64,000 nt of DNA from Octopus vulgaris (taxonomy: Eukaryota), in assembly GCA_951406725.2 (NCBI GenBank), contig OX597823.1, forward strand, positions 33,666,001-33,730,000, in the 5' to 3' direction. Of this stretch, positions 36,473 through 49,189 are shown one piece after another. Below the pieces are notes generated by a model. It had not been told where the DNA came from, did not search any database, and was given only the letters and a program-made list of their open reading frames with translations. Position 1 is the first letter of the stretch, and each line of letters opens with the position of its first letter. A program made the position numbers and the translations under genes.

Positions 36473-37274
36473 GTAATGGTTTTGTTTTACAAGGAGATTG
36501 AATGATCCTCTCTTTTGCATTAGAAGCTAAAGTATTAGACATTGGTCATATGTGTTGTGTTGGAATGGTAAAAACAAAGCAACTACTAAGAAATAAATTG
36601 TGGTGGCCTAGCAGTGCCCCCCCCCCAAAAAAAAAGTATGTTAGTTCAACATTGACAAAAAGAAAGAATTGAAAATTTAGGAATTATTCTGAACTGCCTG
36701 AACCTGTTGGAAGCTTTTAATGTAAGCAATGCCAAACTTGTAGGTGTAAGTAAATGGTTAATGTCTACAGTTCCAAACATGTAAAAATATCTACATGATT
36801 AATGCCTACAATCCTGAACATGGAGTAACTTCCTGATTAATGTTTACAATTCTAAGTATTTTGGAGTAGCTGCATGAATACTATTAAAATTCCTAACATG
36901 TAAGAGTAACTTCATGTAGATTTCAAAGATCTGCTGCTGAGTGGCAAATCACCATTAGTCATTGAAAATGGAGCAATATGTCAGTCACAGATATTTGTTA
37001 TGAGATCAATTTAGTCAATTCCATGGAATTCTTTCTTACCTCTGGGAGTAATTCTATTAAGAATTGTGTCTGACAGTTTATAAACAGTGAGCTCAAAGAG
37101 TGTTATAAGGGGTCAATAACAGTGAAGAATTATGCTGTACTACCTTCAAAGAAAATGGTTTTGTAGAAAGATTGGTAAAGCATTCAAGTTATCAATTCAA
37201 AGACAATGAAAGAGAGCAACTTAATTTTTAATTACTCCACTTGAACATTCCTCATTGATAAACATATCTATACT

Positions 37275-37381
37275 ATACTGTGTCCCATTCCAAAGAAAAG
37301 TCGCATCCCTCTGACTTCATCAACCATCATCCTGTTTCACTCACCTCTAATATCTCAAAGGTTATGCAGATAGCTGTTAAC
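37275..37381 (+). mobile_element. CR1/L2-like RT domain fragment
   Basis: LCPIPKK...NHHPVSLTSNISKVMQIAVN, resembling PIPKK..NYRPISLTS..SKVME. Confidence 0.65.
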
Positions 37382-37382
37382 C

Positions 37383-37649
37383 TTATTTACATTATTTACA
37401 TTTGACAGATATTTGTCCTCATCTTGTTTGTTGTTAACACAACATTTTGGCTGATATACCCTCCAGCCTTCATCAGGTGTTTTGAGGAAATTTCAAACCT
37501 GGGTTCTCATTCATAAGGTATTTGAAATTTCCCCAAGACACCTGATGAAGGCTGGAGGGTATATCAGCCGAAAGATAAGGACAAATATCTGTCAAATGTG
37601 AATAATGTAAATAATGTACATAATTCCTCATCTCTTGAATATAGAACTG
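37383..37649. mobile_element. Family C tail-out inverted pair with two hammerhead-like motifs
   Basis: Minus motif at 37436-37481, plus motif at 37537-37573 (CTGATGA-a-ggctg..cagcc-GAAA, then a deletion). Confidence 0.8.
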
Positions 37650-37705
37650 AAAAAACAAAATGACAGCAGAATGATAATAAAGGGAAATCTGAGAATAGGA
37701 AAAAT

Positions 37706-38160
37706 GGTGAGCTGTCAAAATCGTTAGCAGACTAGGCAAAATGCTTGGTTGCCATTCATTAGTCTTTTACATTCTAAGTTCAAATTCCACTAAGGTTGAT
37801 GTTAACTTTCCTCCTTTCGGGGTCATTAAAATAAGTACCTATTTCTTTATTACCCACAAGGAGCTAAACACAGAGGGGACAAACAAGGACAGACGTAGGT
37901 ATTAAGTCGATTACATCGACCCCAGTGCGTAACTGGTACTTAATTTATCGACCCCGAAAGGATGAAAGGCAAAGTCGACCTCGGCGGAATTTGAACTCAC
38001 AACATAACGCAGACGAAATACCGCTAAGCATTTCGCCCAGCGTGCTAACGTTTCTGCCAGCTCGCGGCCTTATTAAAATAAGTACCAGCTGAGTACTGGG
38101 GTCAATGTAATCAACTTAACCTATCCCTTCAAACTATTGCCCTCATGTTTGAAACCATTG
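37706..38160 (+). mobile_element. Older SINE B split by a younger antisense SINE B
   Basis: 5' part 37706-37839, 3' part 38072-38160. Confidence 0.8.
37840..38071 (-). mobile_element. Young SINE B, 15-bp TSD
   Basis: TSD attaaaataagtacc at 37825-37839 and 38072-38086; CpGs intact. Confidence 0.92.
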
Positions 38161-39240
38161 TGGTAATAATTGGAAGGACAAGTATTCAGATATCGAAGTA
38201 GGAAATGATGCCATCTTGAAAAAAATCGATTGCTGGGAAGTTATCAAACAAACTTGCTTCAGCTCATCGTTAACAAAACAAAGCAAAATAATAATAATAA
38301 TAATAATAATAATGATAGATAAATAAATAAATAACTATAAATTAAACAATAGAAATACAAGAGTGGATCGATTTCGGTTGTAAACTTTCCTGTGAACCAT
38401 ATCTGATTGTCTGATGTCAAACTTGTATTTCAAGGAAGCTTGAACATGAATTGACTTTATTGATTTAACTAATGAAAGTGTCACTGAAGATAACGAGGTG
38501 TTGCAAAACAATGGACCTAGCCAAGCCAAAAATTGCCAGAACTACATCAAAGTGAACAGAGGCCGGGAAGAGTAAATAGGGATAAACTGGAATCAAGTAA
38601 CGTCCTTAGTTTGAATAATGCTGAGTGAAAATAAGGAACGTGGTGTGGTATAGTATTTGCATGTTTCATGTGATTTATACACTTACTATATCACATGACC
38701 CAGCCTGATAGACAATTGATCAGTGCTCACTTAGAATGAAGCAAGAGGTTTCTTTGTTTTAACGAGGCTTCTGGGCATAAAACTCTACAGTTTGGAGACT
38801 TTAAATAAGAACCTTACAAGATGTCCTGTAGACATTTTTCTCAACATTTTTCTCATTAGTTTTGCAAATATGAACATTTTTATCTTTTGTACTTTTTCCA
38901 TTATTTTTCTTCTTGTTCTGTTGTTGCTATATTCTTTCTTTTGCCATTAATTGTTGTTATTGCTGTCCCCCCCCCTTCCTCTGCTATCATTTTCTGCTTC
39001 GCTGCTGTGTTAGACCATAGCATTACTGTTATTGTCAGAGTCAACACTAACACATTTATTATTATATTTCTCTGAAGAATCTTCAGATAAAGCCACTTTC
39101 TTTTTTCTTCCCTTTTTTTTTTTTGCTTTGACAAACAGAATTTTCCAGGCAGATGACAGTTTTGAATGTTATAGCTACCTATCACCTCCTCCTCCTCCTT
39201 CTTCTTCCAACGTCAAACTTGTTGACATTTTTCATAAAAA

Positions 39241-39305
39241 TATTTATCGGTTGACTGCAGACGACAGGGACAAAATAACTGTCGTCTGCAGTCATCCAAC
39301 AAATA
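39241..39305. other. Isolated hairpin, stem of about 27 bp, 11-nt loop
   Basis: Perfect 16-bp inner stem tgactgcagacgacag / ctgtcgtctgcagtca, extended imperfectly by tatttatcgg / ccaacaaata. Confidence 0.7.
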
Positions 39306-40216
39306 ACAGTGTCTCCCCTAATTAGGGGAAAATACTGACAGTTTTTGAACTTACTTTTTCACAAAAGTGTCTATCACAATTTTAATGATGAAAAATTCCA
39401 GGAGAAATTTATGAAAGATGGTGTAAACTTGCAGACTATCAGTATTTGCATTCAGATAATAACCTTTCACTTATTTTCCACAAGGACCAATGTATGAAAT
39501 GCAAAATATTTTACAAAATGAGTTAACAAAACAGAGGGGAGTGTGCAAAAAACAATAGAATACAGGTTCAAAATTTACAACCCAAAACAAATGGCTGCTT
39601 AACTAGAAAAAAGTGAAAAATCCAACACTGGTATAGTTGAAGTTCTCCACCACTTTGACCAGTTTCTGCTGTGATAATTTCTGAAAATCTGGAGAACATC
39701 TGAACATATTCTTGAGTATCTCTGGTTTTGGCCTTGTGTAAAACTTTCTCAATTATTTTGGTGACTCAGTTGCTGCCATGTGTTGAGTATGGCTGTGGTT
39801 CTTACCAATAATCTTTCAGTTTTGTGATCAACCTATTTGCCCACTCATTTCCTTCTCAATTAACATAATGTTTCTCTATCAGACCATTCAGTGGTTTCAT
39901 CAAGTTACCTTTACCTGTTCAGGTAACCATAATTACAGGATTCTTTTTATGGAACTTTCTATGTTTAACATTGGTCTGTGATTATTAATTTCTTTCTTTA
40001 TGGGAGTTCTTTGAGGGTTCTTTTCTTTTTATTGTCCCAGATATGGTTTCACATCTTTCTCCTGGTTCTGTCTTTTACTTGTTGTCTCTAGATGGGACAG
40101 AATTGCTGCAAGGAGCCCCTGTCTGGCTCAGTGTTGGGGAAGGGGACGACATATTCTTCTGTTTTCCTTTCTTGTCAGCTTCTGTCGCTGGGGTCACATG
40201 TTAAAGCATAAAATGA

Positions 40217-40332
<116 letters not shown>

Positions 40333-40334
40333 TT

Positions 40335-40812
40335 CTTTTTATTGTTGGCACAAAGCCTGAAATTTCTGGGAAGGGTCCTAGCTGATGACATCAACCCCAG
40401 TGCTCAACTGGTACCTATTTTATTGCTTTCATGAAAGGCAAAGTTGATCCTAGCAAAACTGGAGCTCAAAATACAAAATTGGAAGAAATTCTGCTTGGCA
40501 TGTTGTTTGGTGTGCTATTAATTCTAGCAGAGTACCACCATAATGATGGTGATGATCATGACGACAACGCTGCCACCGATGCCACCGCTGGACCACTGGG
40601 ACATCGATGGTTTGTAATATAAGTATAAGATCTGAGATTTGGAAGACTGGGTTAGTGAGTTCCCAGTGCTTGACTGGTTGATTATTTTTAGAAAACTGAA
40701 AGAATGAAAGGCGAAGTTAAAGTTTGGTAGGATTTGAAACCAGAACAGAAAGAGTCAGAAACAAACAACACAAGGAATTTTGCCTGAGTCTCTAATAATT
40801 TTGCCAATACAC
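40335..40812 (-). mobile_element. Two diverged SINE B remnants (about 40335-40530 and 40660-40812)
   Basis: atgaaaggcaaagttga and aatgaaaggcgaagttaa motifs. Confidence 0.6.
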
Positions 40813-41103
40813 CACCCAATGATGATGATGATGATGATGTTGGTGGTGGTGGTGGTAGTGGTGGTGGTGGTGGTGGTAGTGGTGGTGGTGGTGATGATGA
40901 TGATGATGATGGTCGTGGTGGTGGTGGTGATGATGATGACAACAGCGATGAGAATAATGCTGATGATAATGGTGGTTGTGGTAAGAATAATTGGAATAAA
41001 ATGCAATTACACCCCACATATTCTGTCACAATTACACCCAATAAAATAATACAACAAGAGATACTCATCAATATGTGACCCCTGAGACTGGAACACACAC
41101 ACA

Positions 41104-41142
<39 letters not shown>

Positions 41143-41274
41143 CTCGGCATTCTATGCAATTACTACTCAATAACAGAACTGAAGCCACACAGTGCAAACT
41201 TCACCAACCAATGCTAACACTGAACTCAATCTATGTTGTATGCACACACATACCACCTGCAACAGCATCATCAG

Positions 41275-42035
41275 CACCACAACCACCACTACCACCACCA
41301 CTACCATCACAGCCACCACCACCACCACCACCACCACCACCACCACCACCACCACCACCACAACCACCACCACCACCACAACCACCAACCACCACTACAA
41401 CCACCACAACTACTACCATCACCAACCACCATCCCCACAACCACCACAACCACCACAACCACTACCACCACCACAACCACCACCTATTTCTTTACTACCC
41501 ACAAGGGGCTAAACACAGAGAGGACAAACAAGGACATACAATCGGATTAAGTTGATTATATTGACCCCAGTGTGTAACTGGTACTTAATTTATCGACCCC
41601 GAAAGGATGAAAGGCAAAGTCAATCTCGGCGGAATTTGAACTCAGAACGTAATGGCAGACGAAATACAGCTACGCATTTCGCCCGGCATGCTAACGATTC
41701 TGCCAGCTTGCCGCCTTCAACCACCACAATCACCACCACCACAACCACTACCACCACCATCACCACAACCACCACAATCACCCCAACCACCACAATCACC
41801 ACCACAACCACCACCACCACTGCCACCACCACAACCACTACCACCAACCACCACCACAACCACCACACCACTACAACCACCACCAAAATCACACAACCAC
41901 CACAATCACCACAGCCAACACCACCACCACAACCACCACCAACCACCACCACTACAACCACCACAACCACTACCTCCACCACAACCAACAGCAGCAGCAG
42001 CACCACAACCAACAGCAGCAGCAGCACCACCACCA
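41275..42035. repeat. Compound (CAC/CAA/CAG)n triplet tract interrupted by a SINE
   Basis: Directly visible; gives poly-T/P/H ORFs in all frames. Confidence 0.95.
41484..41716 (-). mobile_element. SINE family B, full length
   Basis: Homology to family B. Confidence 0.9.
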
Positions 42036-43012
42036 CTGGCATACAGACACCTCCCTCTCTACTACAACCCTACTTAGTTGAGGGAGATATTTGTTTGTCT
42101 TGCTATTCACATGGTGACCTCACTTGTGTTGGTGCCATGCAAAAAGTGCCCAGTCTACTATAAAGTGGTCAGTGGTAAGAAGAGCATCCAGCTGTAGAAA
42201 CCATACCAAAGGGAATATTGGATTTTGATGCATCCCTCTGTTTAACTGGACCCCAAATGTGTCATCACTCAAAATGTGCTCCCTCCCTAAATATGCCATC
42301 GTTCCAAATACACCATCTTGGTATATTCCATCAGAGTCTATGTAGTTTCATTTTGCCAAGCTCCTCAGAATGTGTCATCAGTGAAATGTGCAGACTTTTA
42401 CCATCTTGTCAACCATTATAATTTATCTGTCCGCAAAATTTTATTTAAAGATCTCATGTTTTTGTCCATTGAGGTCACCATAGCAATTCTGTTTATAATC
42501 ACAGATTTGGAGGTCACCTACTTTTTGACAGCTACCAATTCAGAGTTCACTCCTGTTTGATAGTTCATAAGGACGTACAGCTGCTGTTCTGGTATGTCTC
42601 TCTTCACCACACACACACACATACACACATGCACACACACACACACAGCAAATACACACATACACACACATACGTGCATACATACATAGATTCATATATA
42701 CATACATACATACACACACACATACATACATGCATACATATATACATGTATGTATACATGTATACATGTATGAACATGTACACATACGCACACACACGCA
42801 CGCACACACGCACACACACACACATACACACATACATATATATATATATATAAATATAAATATATATAAATAAAGATATATATATATATGTATATACGCT
42901 CATTTCAGAACAGGACTTAAGCTTGTAAAAATCAAGTGGACTGGGGCTTCCTGTTTTGCCTGTCAGCTTGTCCAACCACGGTCACATGCGCGAGCATATG
43001 CGCGCGCACATG

Positions 43013-43043
<31 letters not shown>

Positions 43044-45256
43044 ACACACACATACACACACACACACACACACAAACACTGAGTCAATCCGAAAGAGACC
43101 GGCCAGAGCAGCACAATCTCGGGTGCCTAAAAAGACGTTTCTCTCTCAATTCAAATATCTGAAGCCTTCACAAGCTTCTAGTTTAATGCCATTTTGTGAG
43201 TAGGAAGTCCCCAGCATTACAGTCCTGTTATCAGAGGACTTTCAGGGTTTAGTGTGTGTGTGGGGGGGGGGGGAGAAAGAGGGCAATTGCATTTCATTTT
43301 CCCCATGAATTTGACAGTGAAATTACCCTTGGTGCAATGGTAAAGAGTCTCAGAAAATTGGATGATAGTAAACAGTTGAAACTATGGCATTCATTTCTGC
43401 CTCTTCCGCCAGACTTTAGGCTTCTGCATCACTCTGCTTTGAACGGTAAGAGTGGTTATTAGCACTTGATCAAGGTCCCACCTTCAGTCTCCTTAAAGAA
43501 GCAGTTACTTAACATCACATTCACAGGGTTGACTGCACTGTTCTCATAGACATGGCTGTACTCAGGTTGGCTACACTAAAACGGTACAATTAGTATAGTC
43601 ATGGCTTTACTGGAGTTTCTCCACCCTGATATCTATAAACACAACTATGCAGTGTGGACTGGATGTGTTTTGTGTGACACCAATGCTGTCAGGGTTATCC
43701 CACCCTGATAACAATAGACAATGGTGCTGGGTCTATCCCACACGGTTAATAACAGACATAACTATACTATAGTTAGCCCAAAAGATACAGCAATACTCAT
43801 TGCTAAAGATAGACATTGACAAAGCTATCCCATCATGCTAAGCAAGAGATCAACATAACCATTTGATGTTAATTATTCCAAATATTATTTCGTTTGATTA
43901 ATTAATTTTTACATCCTAAACTAATATACTGATAATTTTGTCAAATTCCTTTTGGTGTGTCTATGTGCAATCTTTAGTGAAGGCCTGCTCCTATAATTCT
44001 ATTTAATTTGTTCTTTAACGATAAAAACAGTTGGACCATCAATACTCACAACATTTCACTATTTGGGACATTCTCAAAGAGATAGAAGGTTATCTCAGAG
44101 ATTCTAGTAACCACCTGTTGGTGTGGTAAGGGTAGAGGTACTGGGGGGTGGTGCTGCTGATAATAGTGGGTGGCATTGGTGATGGTTATGGTAAGGGTAT
44201 TGATGGCAGAGGTGGTGGTGATAATAGCAGCGAGAAAATGGTGTTGATGGCAGTATTAATGGTGGTGGTAGTTATAGCAGTAGTGGTGGTGGTGGTAGAG
44301 GTGGGAGATTGGTGATGACAGGGTGGAGTGGGGATGGTGGCAGTAGTGTGCTCGTAGCAGTAGCAGTAGTGTAATGTATAGAGCCATTGAGTAGTGACCC
44401 AGTAACACAGCTTTGACCAGTTTGTTCCCATCAATTCTACTTCATCAGTGCCAGACTCTCTCTCCCTCTCTCTTTCTCTAATTAATTTACATCATAATCA
44501 TCATCATCATCACCAACAACAACAGCAACAATAAAGCCAGCCTTGGCAACAGACCAACCCACATAACGAGGTGGGTGGATGGAGCACATAACTAGATTCT
44601 TTCTGTTGTTTAGCTTCATATTATTTTCGCAGATCAATTACTTCTAAGGTAGTAATAACTGTTGCTTAACCCCAGGTCACTCATCACCCAGCAGACTTAT
44701 GTTAAAAGCCACTCTTAATATGACCACCCTGTCTTATTGTTGAACATGCTTTTCTATTATTTTTTCAAAGGATAGGGTTTGAATTGAGGAAGATTTAGCT
44801 GCTACTTCTAGCTGGTTATGTAGGAGCTCTCAGTTTTAAACTTATTTTTCCTGTTGTGGTGTTGGTAAGGTAGTGTGTGTAGTCACTCATCTGCTAGAAA
44901 TAACTGCCGACATTTCCTTGAAAACAAAGGTCAACTGACAGACACATATACATATATACACACACACAAACACACAACACACAAGTGAGCCCATACAAGC
45001 ATGCACACACACACACACATCGACAATGTTTCATAACACAAGCTGAGGTAACGTGTACATAATCAATCATCTGTCCTAAAACAAAAATGAGAACACACAC
45101 ACACACACATACACACACACACACACACACTTGCACATCTAGGCTAATCTAAAAACACAGGATGGTCACAACTAGAATACCTTTGACCACAGGTCTTCCA
45201 GTTCAAAGCTGACCCCTGCCACACTTCAAGTGCTTACAATATTTCATGGCTTTGAA

Positions 45257-45479
45257 GGCTGCAAGCTGGTAGAATCGTTAGCATGCCAGGCGAAATGCTT
45301 AGTGGTATTTCATCAGTCCTTACGTTCTGAGTTCAAATTCTACCAAGGTCAACTTTGCCTTTCATCCTTATGGGGGGGGGGGGTTGACAAATGAAGTACC
45401 AGTTACGTAGTTGGGTTGATCTAATTGACTGGCCCCCTTCCCCAAAATTTCAGGCCTTGTGCCTAGAGTAGAAAAGAAT
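45257..45479 (+). mobile_element. SINE family B
   Basis: Homology to family B. Confidence 0.88.
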
Positions 45480-45874
45480 ATTTTGAGCTTGCTGGAATGG
45501 TAGAGTTCACTGATAATTATTTATTATTTATTTCAACTTTGACTGGGGTTGACATGAGTTTCCATGTTATCTGAGGTTAATAATTTATGTACCTGTCATG
45601 TACTGGTGTTAAACAAATTGACAGTGGTTGACCCAAATTTACAGTAAATGACATTTTCTCAACATGCTGTACAGTAGGATTGAACCCAAGTCTTTGTGGT
45701 TAACCACTTGATTATACTCTTCCTGCTGGCAGTTTGTAGAATAGTACACCATTTGAACAAATGACTGATGCATTTATTTACCTTAAAAGAAGCCGACTTT
45801 GATATTTTATCAAAGAAGCTCATCAAAAAGCTATCTGTAGAATGAAAATGTCAAAATATAGAAGACCTGGATTT

Positions 45875-46310
45875 CACCAAACAAGTGAACATGAGGGAAT
45901 TGACTGTGCCATGGGAAGAACACATGGAGGAGGCTCATGAGAGGAAGCTTGCCAAACATCATGAGCTGATAGACCAGTGTAGAAACCAGATTTGGTGTGT
46001 ATGTTGTGAGACAATTAAAATAAGGCTACCGGGCATTTGTGGACGTGTTCTTTCTACAAGGTTCTAACTGGGCTTTGAGTTACTGGTGCAGCAAAGAGGA
46101 GGGCCATAAATTTCATTACCAAAACAGCAAGTGGGGTGGGGTCACTGGGTGACTTTAGATAAAGAGAGCAGATCAGTGGTTTGCAGCTGCTGCTGGGATG
46201 CAAGCTTGGACTTCCTCAATTCCAGATGAGTCAACTGGGTTAGTGAGTTTCATATTGAAGGTCCTCAAACACCCCAAGATCCAGAAATGTCACTGGTGAT
46301 GCATCCCAGA
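45875..46310 (+). mobile_element. Hero-like (R2-group RLE) LINE 3' end, decayed
   Basis: TKQVNMRELTVPWEEHMEEAHERKLAKHHELIDQCR..W..C..IKI, then ..TGAAKRRAI. ELTVPWE/ERK.AKY is typical of Hero-type RLE domains. Confidence 0.75.
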
Positions 46311-46563
46311 AGAGATGTTACTTGGAACATGGGTAGGAAAACTATTGGTTACTACCTCTTTCCTACTCTGGAGTCAAGCATCTTCATTTACTGGAAATTC
46401 TGTTGTTTTTTTCTTTTTTACAGATTTCAGTTTGATAAATCTTTCTGCTAAAACTTTGTAAACACAGGCAACCACTGTCTAAAATAAATATTTGATTTCA
46501 CACCATGTATTGAGTCCTTTTGGTAGTTAACATGTGTTGTTTTTAAATATTAAGAAACACATT

Positions 46564-46780
46564 TATTTCTTTATTGCCCACAGGGGGCTAAACAAGGACA
46601 GACAAAGGGATTAAGTTGATTACATCGACCCCAGTGCGTAACTGGTACCTATTTAATCGACCCCGAAAGGATGAAAGGCAAAGTCGACCTCAGGGGAATT
46701 TGAACTCAAAATATAATGACAGACGAAATACCGCTAAGCATTTCGTCCGGCATGCTAATGATTCTGCCAGCTTGCCACCT
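46564..46780 (-). mobile_element. SINE family B with candidate TSD aaacacatt
   Basis: Homology to family B; flanking 9-bp direct repeat. Confidence 0.88.
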
Positions 46781-46829
46781 TAAAAACACATTACTACATA
46801 GACACAGCACAGTTATATGCATAATGTTT

Positions 46830-47070
46830 TTGCTCTATCTGTAGAATCCATTGGAATCTTTGAGCCAGTTACTCTCCCCATTGAGGCCTTCCTGTGCCAC
46901 CTGCCTGTCCTCCTCCTACTCCATTTCATTTGTTTCCCTGACATTAAGCAACACCCAATCCTTTCTCCCCATGACTCTAAGTCTCTGGAATTCCCACACC
47001 CTGCCCACATTATCATTTCTATTGAGTTTAATGGAGAAATATTCTAAGGTGAACATCAACAGCATCATTC
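46830..47070 (+). mobile_element. CR1/L2-like LINE C-terminal remnant
   Basis: TQSFLPMTLSLWNS resembles SFFPRT..LWNSLP. Confidence 0.45.
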
Positions 47071-47454
47071 TCACTAATCTGGGAGTGAAGCCCAATTGTA
47101 AGGTCATGGGTTGTGTCCCTCCTTCTCTGCGAAGCAGGACCCTGCTAGCTTCTGTCCTTCCTCCTCTGAACAGTGGGAGTTTACTTTGGAACTCATTGGC
47201 TGTGTTCCCCTTTCTTTTGAAGAGCAGAACCCTACTACAAAGACCACACGTTCTATCCCTTCTCCTCTATCTTACATAAACCCTGAAGAGCTAAGGTCAA
47301 GGTGCATGGCCTAGTGGTTATGGTGTTGCTAGTCATGATTGCAAGATCATGGTTTCAATTCCAAGGCAGGGTGGTGCATTGAGTTCTTACTTTTTATTCA
47401 GTTGGTTCTCATAATTCATGATTATTTTAACAATTAAATCACAAAATACATTTG

Positions 47455-47825
47455 CATGGCTGTGAGGTTAAGAAGTTCACTTTACAACCGCGAGGTTTCA
47501 GGTTCAGTCTCATGTCTCCTACAATAACCCTGGGATGACCAATGCCTGTGACTGAATTTGGCAAGTAGAGACTGTAAAAACCCATTTGTGTGTGTGTGTG
47601 AAAGTGTTTGTCACAGACCTATTCTCCTATTTGACAACCAGTGTTAGTTTGCTTATGTCCCCATAACTTAGAAAGTTCAACAAGTCCAACTAATAAAATA
47701 AGTACCTGATTAAAAAAAAAACACAACATAAGTTCTGGGGTCAATTCGTTTGACTAAAACCCTTCAGGTGGGTGCCCCAGCATGGCCACATGCCAGTCAC
47801 TGAAACAATTGAAAGATAAAAGAAA
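47455..47825 (+). mobile_element. SINE family A, diverged
   Basis: Homology to family A. Confidence 0.75.
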
Positions 47826-47879
47826 AAAAGGTAGGCTGTGTCTTTGTTTGAAATATGGTTGCAAAACTGTTATATAACA

Positions 47880-48087
47880 GGTGCAGGAGTGGCTATGTGG
47901 TAAGAAGCTTGCTTCCCAACCACATGGTTCTGGGTTCAGTCCCACTGTGTGGCACCTTGAGCAAGAGACTTCTCCTATAGCCTTGGACTGACCAAACCCT
48001 TGTGAGTGGATATTTGGTAGATGGAAACTGAAAGAAGCCTGTCATTTATATATATATATATATATATTTACTTTTATATGTACTATT

Positions 48088-48119
<32 letters not shown>

Positions 48120-48366
48120 CTATATATATATTAGTATTTATTTGTTTCAGTCATTTGACTGCAGCCATGCTGGACCACCACCTTTATTCAAGCAAATCAA
48201 CCCCAGGACTTACTCTTTGTAAGCCTAGTACTTATTCTATTGGTCACTTTTGCTCAACCACTAAGTTACGGGGATGTAAACAAACCAGCATTGTTTGTCA
48301 AGCAATGGTGGTGGGACAAACACACACACACACACACACATGCATACATATATTTATATATATATT

Positions 48367-48408
<42 letters not shown>

Positions 48409-48743
48409 ATGGGCTTCTTTCAGTTTCCATCTACCAAATCCACTCACAAGGCTTTGGTTGGCCCAAGGCTATAGTAGAAGACACTTGTCCAAGGTGCAAC
48501 ACAGTGGGACTGAACCTGGAATCATGTGGTTGGGAAGCAAGCTACTTAACACACAACCAAATATATATGTATATGTTTGCACCCCCCCCCCCATCACTTG
48601 ACAACCAAAGTTGGTGTGTTTACATCCCCGTAACTCAGTGGTTCAGCAAAAGAATAAGTCCTGGGGTCGATTTGTTCGACTAAAGGCAGTGCTCCAGCAT
48701 GGCTGCAGTCAAGTGACTAAAACAAGTAGAAAAATAAAAGAAT
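47880..48743 (+). mobile_element. SINE family A split at its internal microsatellite
   Basis: 5' half 47880-48043, 3' half about 48575-48743. Confidence 0.8.
48138..48557 (-). mobile_element. SINE family A nested antisense
   Basis: Reverse-complement copy lying between the halves of the previous element. Confidence 0.85.
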
Positions 48744-49189
48744 AACATGTTTGGTAATGCAGAATGGTAACAAGAGTCTGGTTGTTGGTGCATTATTTGT
48801 TTCTGGTTTGAGATTTTATTCTGGTCTCAGCTGTAAACTATGTCATCTCATTGTAGTTTTACAACATTTTTAATGAGTCAATTAATTGGAATGAAAAGTT
48901 GCTTTGTTTCTCAAATTTTACGATAATTATAAAATTTATCATAAAAAGTCAATGGCAGAGATATAAAAATTATGAAACCTTGACAAAAGTGCAACAAAAA
49001 TACAGCTGATTCATGATTAGTCACTACCATTTAAATAGTTGTGATTAAACATATTTCAGTCTGGTAAATAATGCTGCAGACATGGAATGGCAATTTTACC
49101 ACTAAACAAAGAATCGTTCACAAATTTTCGGTATTTTTATTTTCATGTATTTTTTGGTTTCAAAATATTTACTTATATTTCATAATTTA

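Noticed and set aside
38450-38575. Coding-looking stretch IDFIDLTNESVTEDNEVLQ...
   Set aside because: An in-frame stop lies immediately upstream, with no matching acceptor in that frame and no recognisable homology.
39055-39091. Minus-strand CTGAAGA...GAAA...ATA motif
   Set aside because: Stems are very short and nearly all A-U, and the core is sequestered in a local palindrome; likely chance.
41154-42163. Mucin-like or proline-rich ORFs up to 203 aa
   Set aside because: A (CAC)n tract interrupted by a SINE, with no signal peptide or splice context.
43318-43445. Candidate exon between tgacag and gtaaga
   Set aside because: Weak pyrimidine tract, unrecognised peptide and no partner exons.
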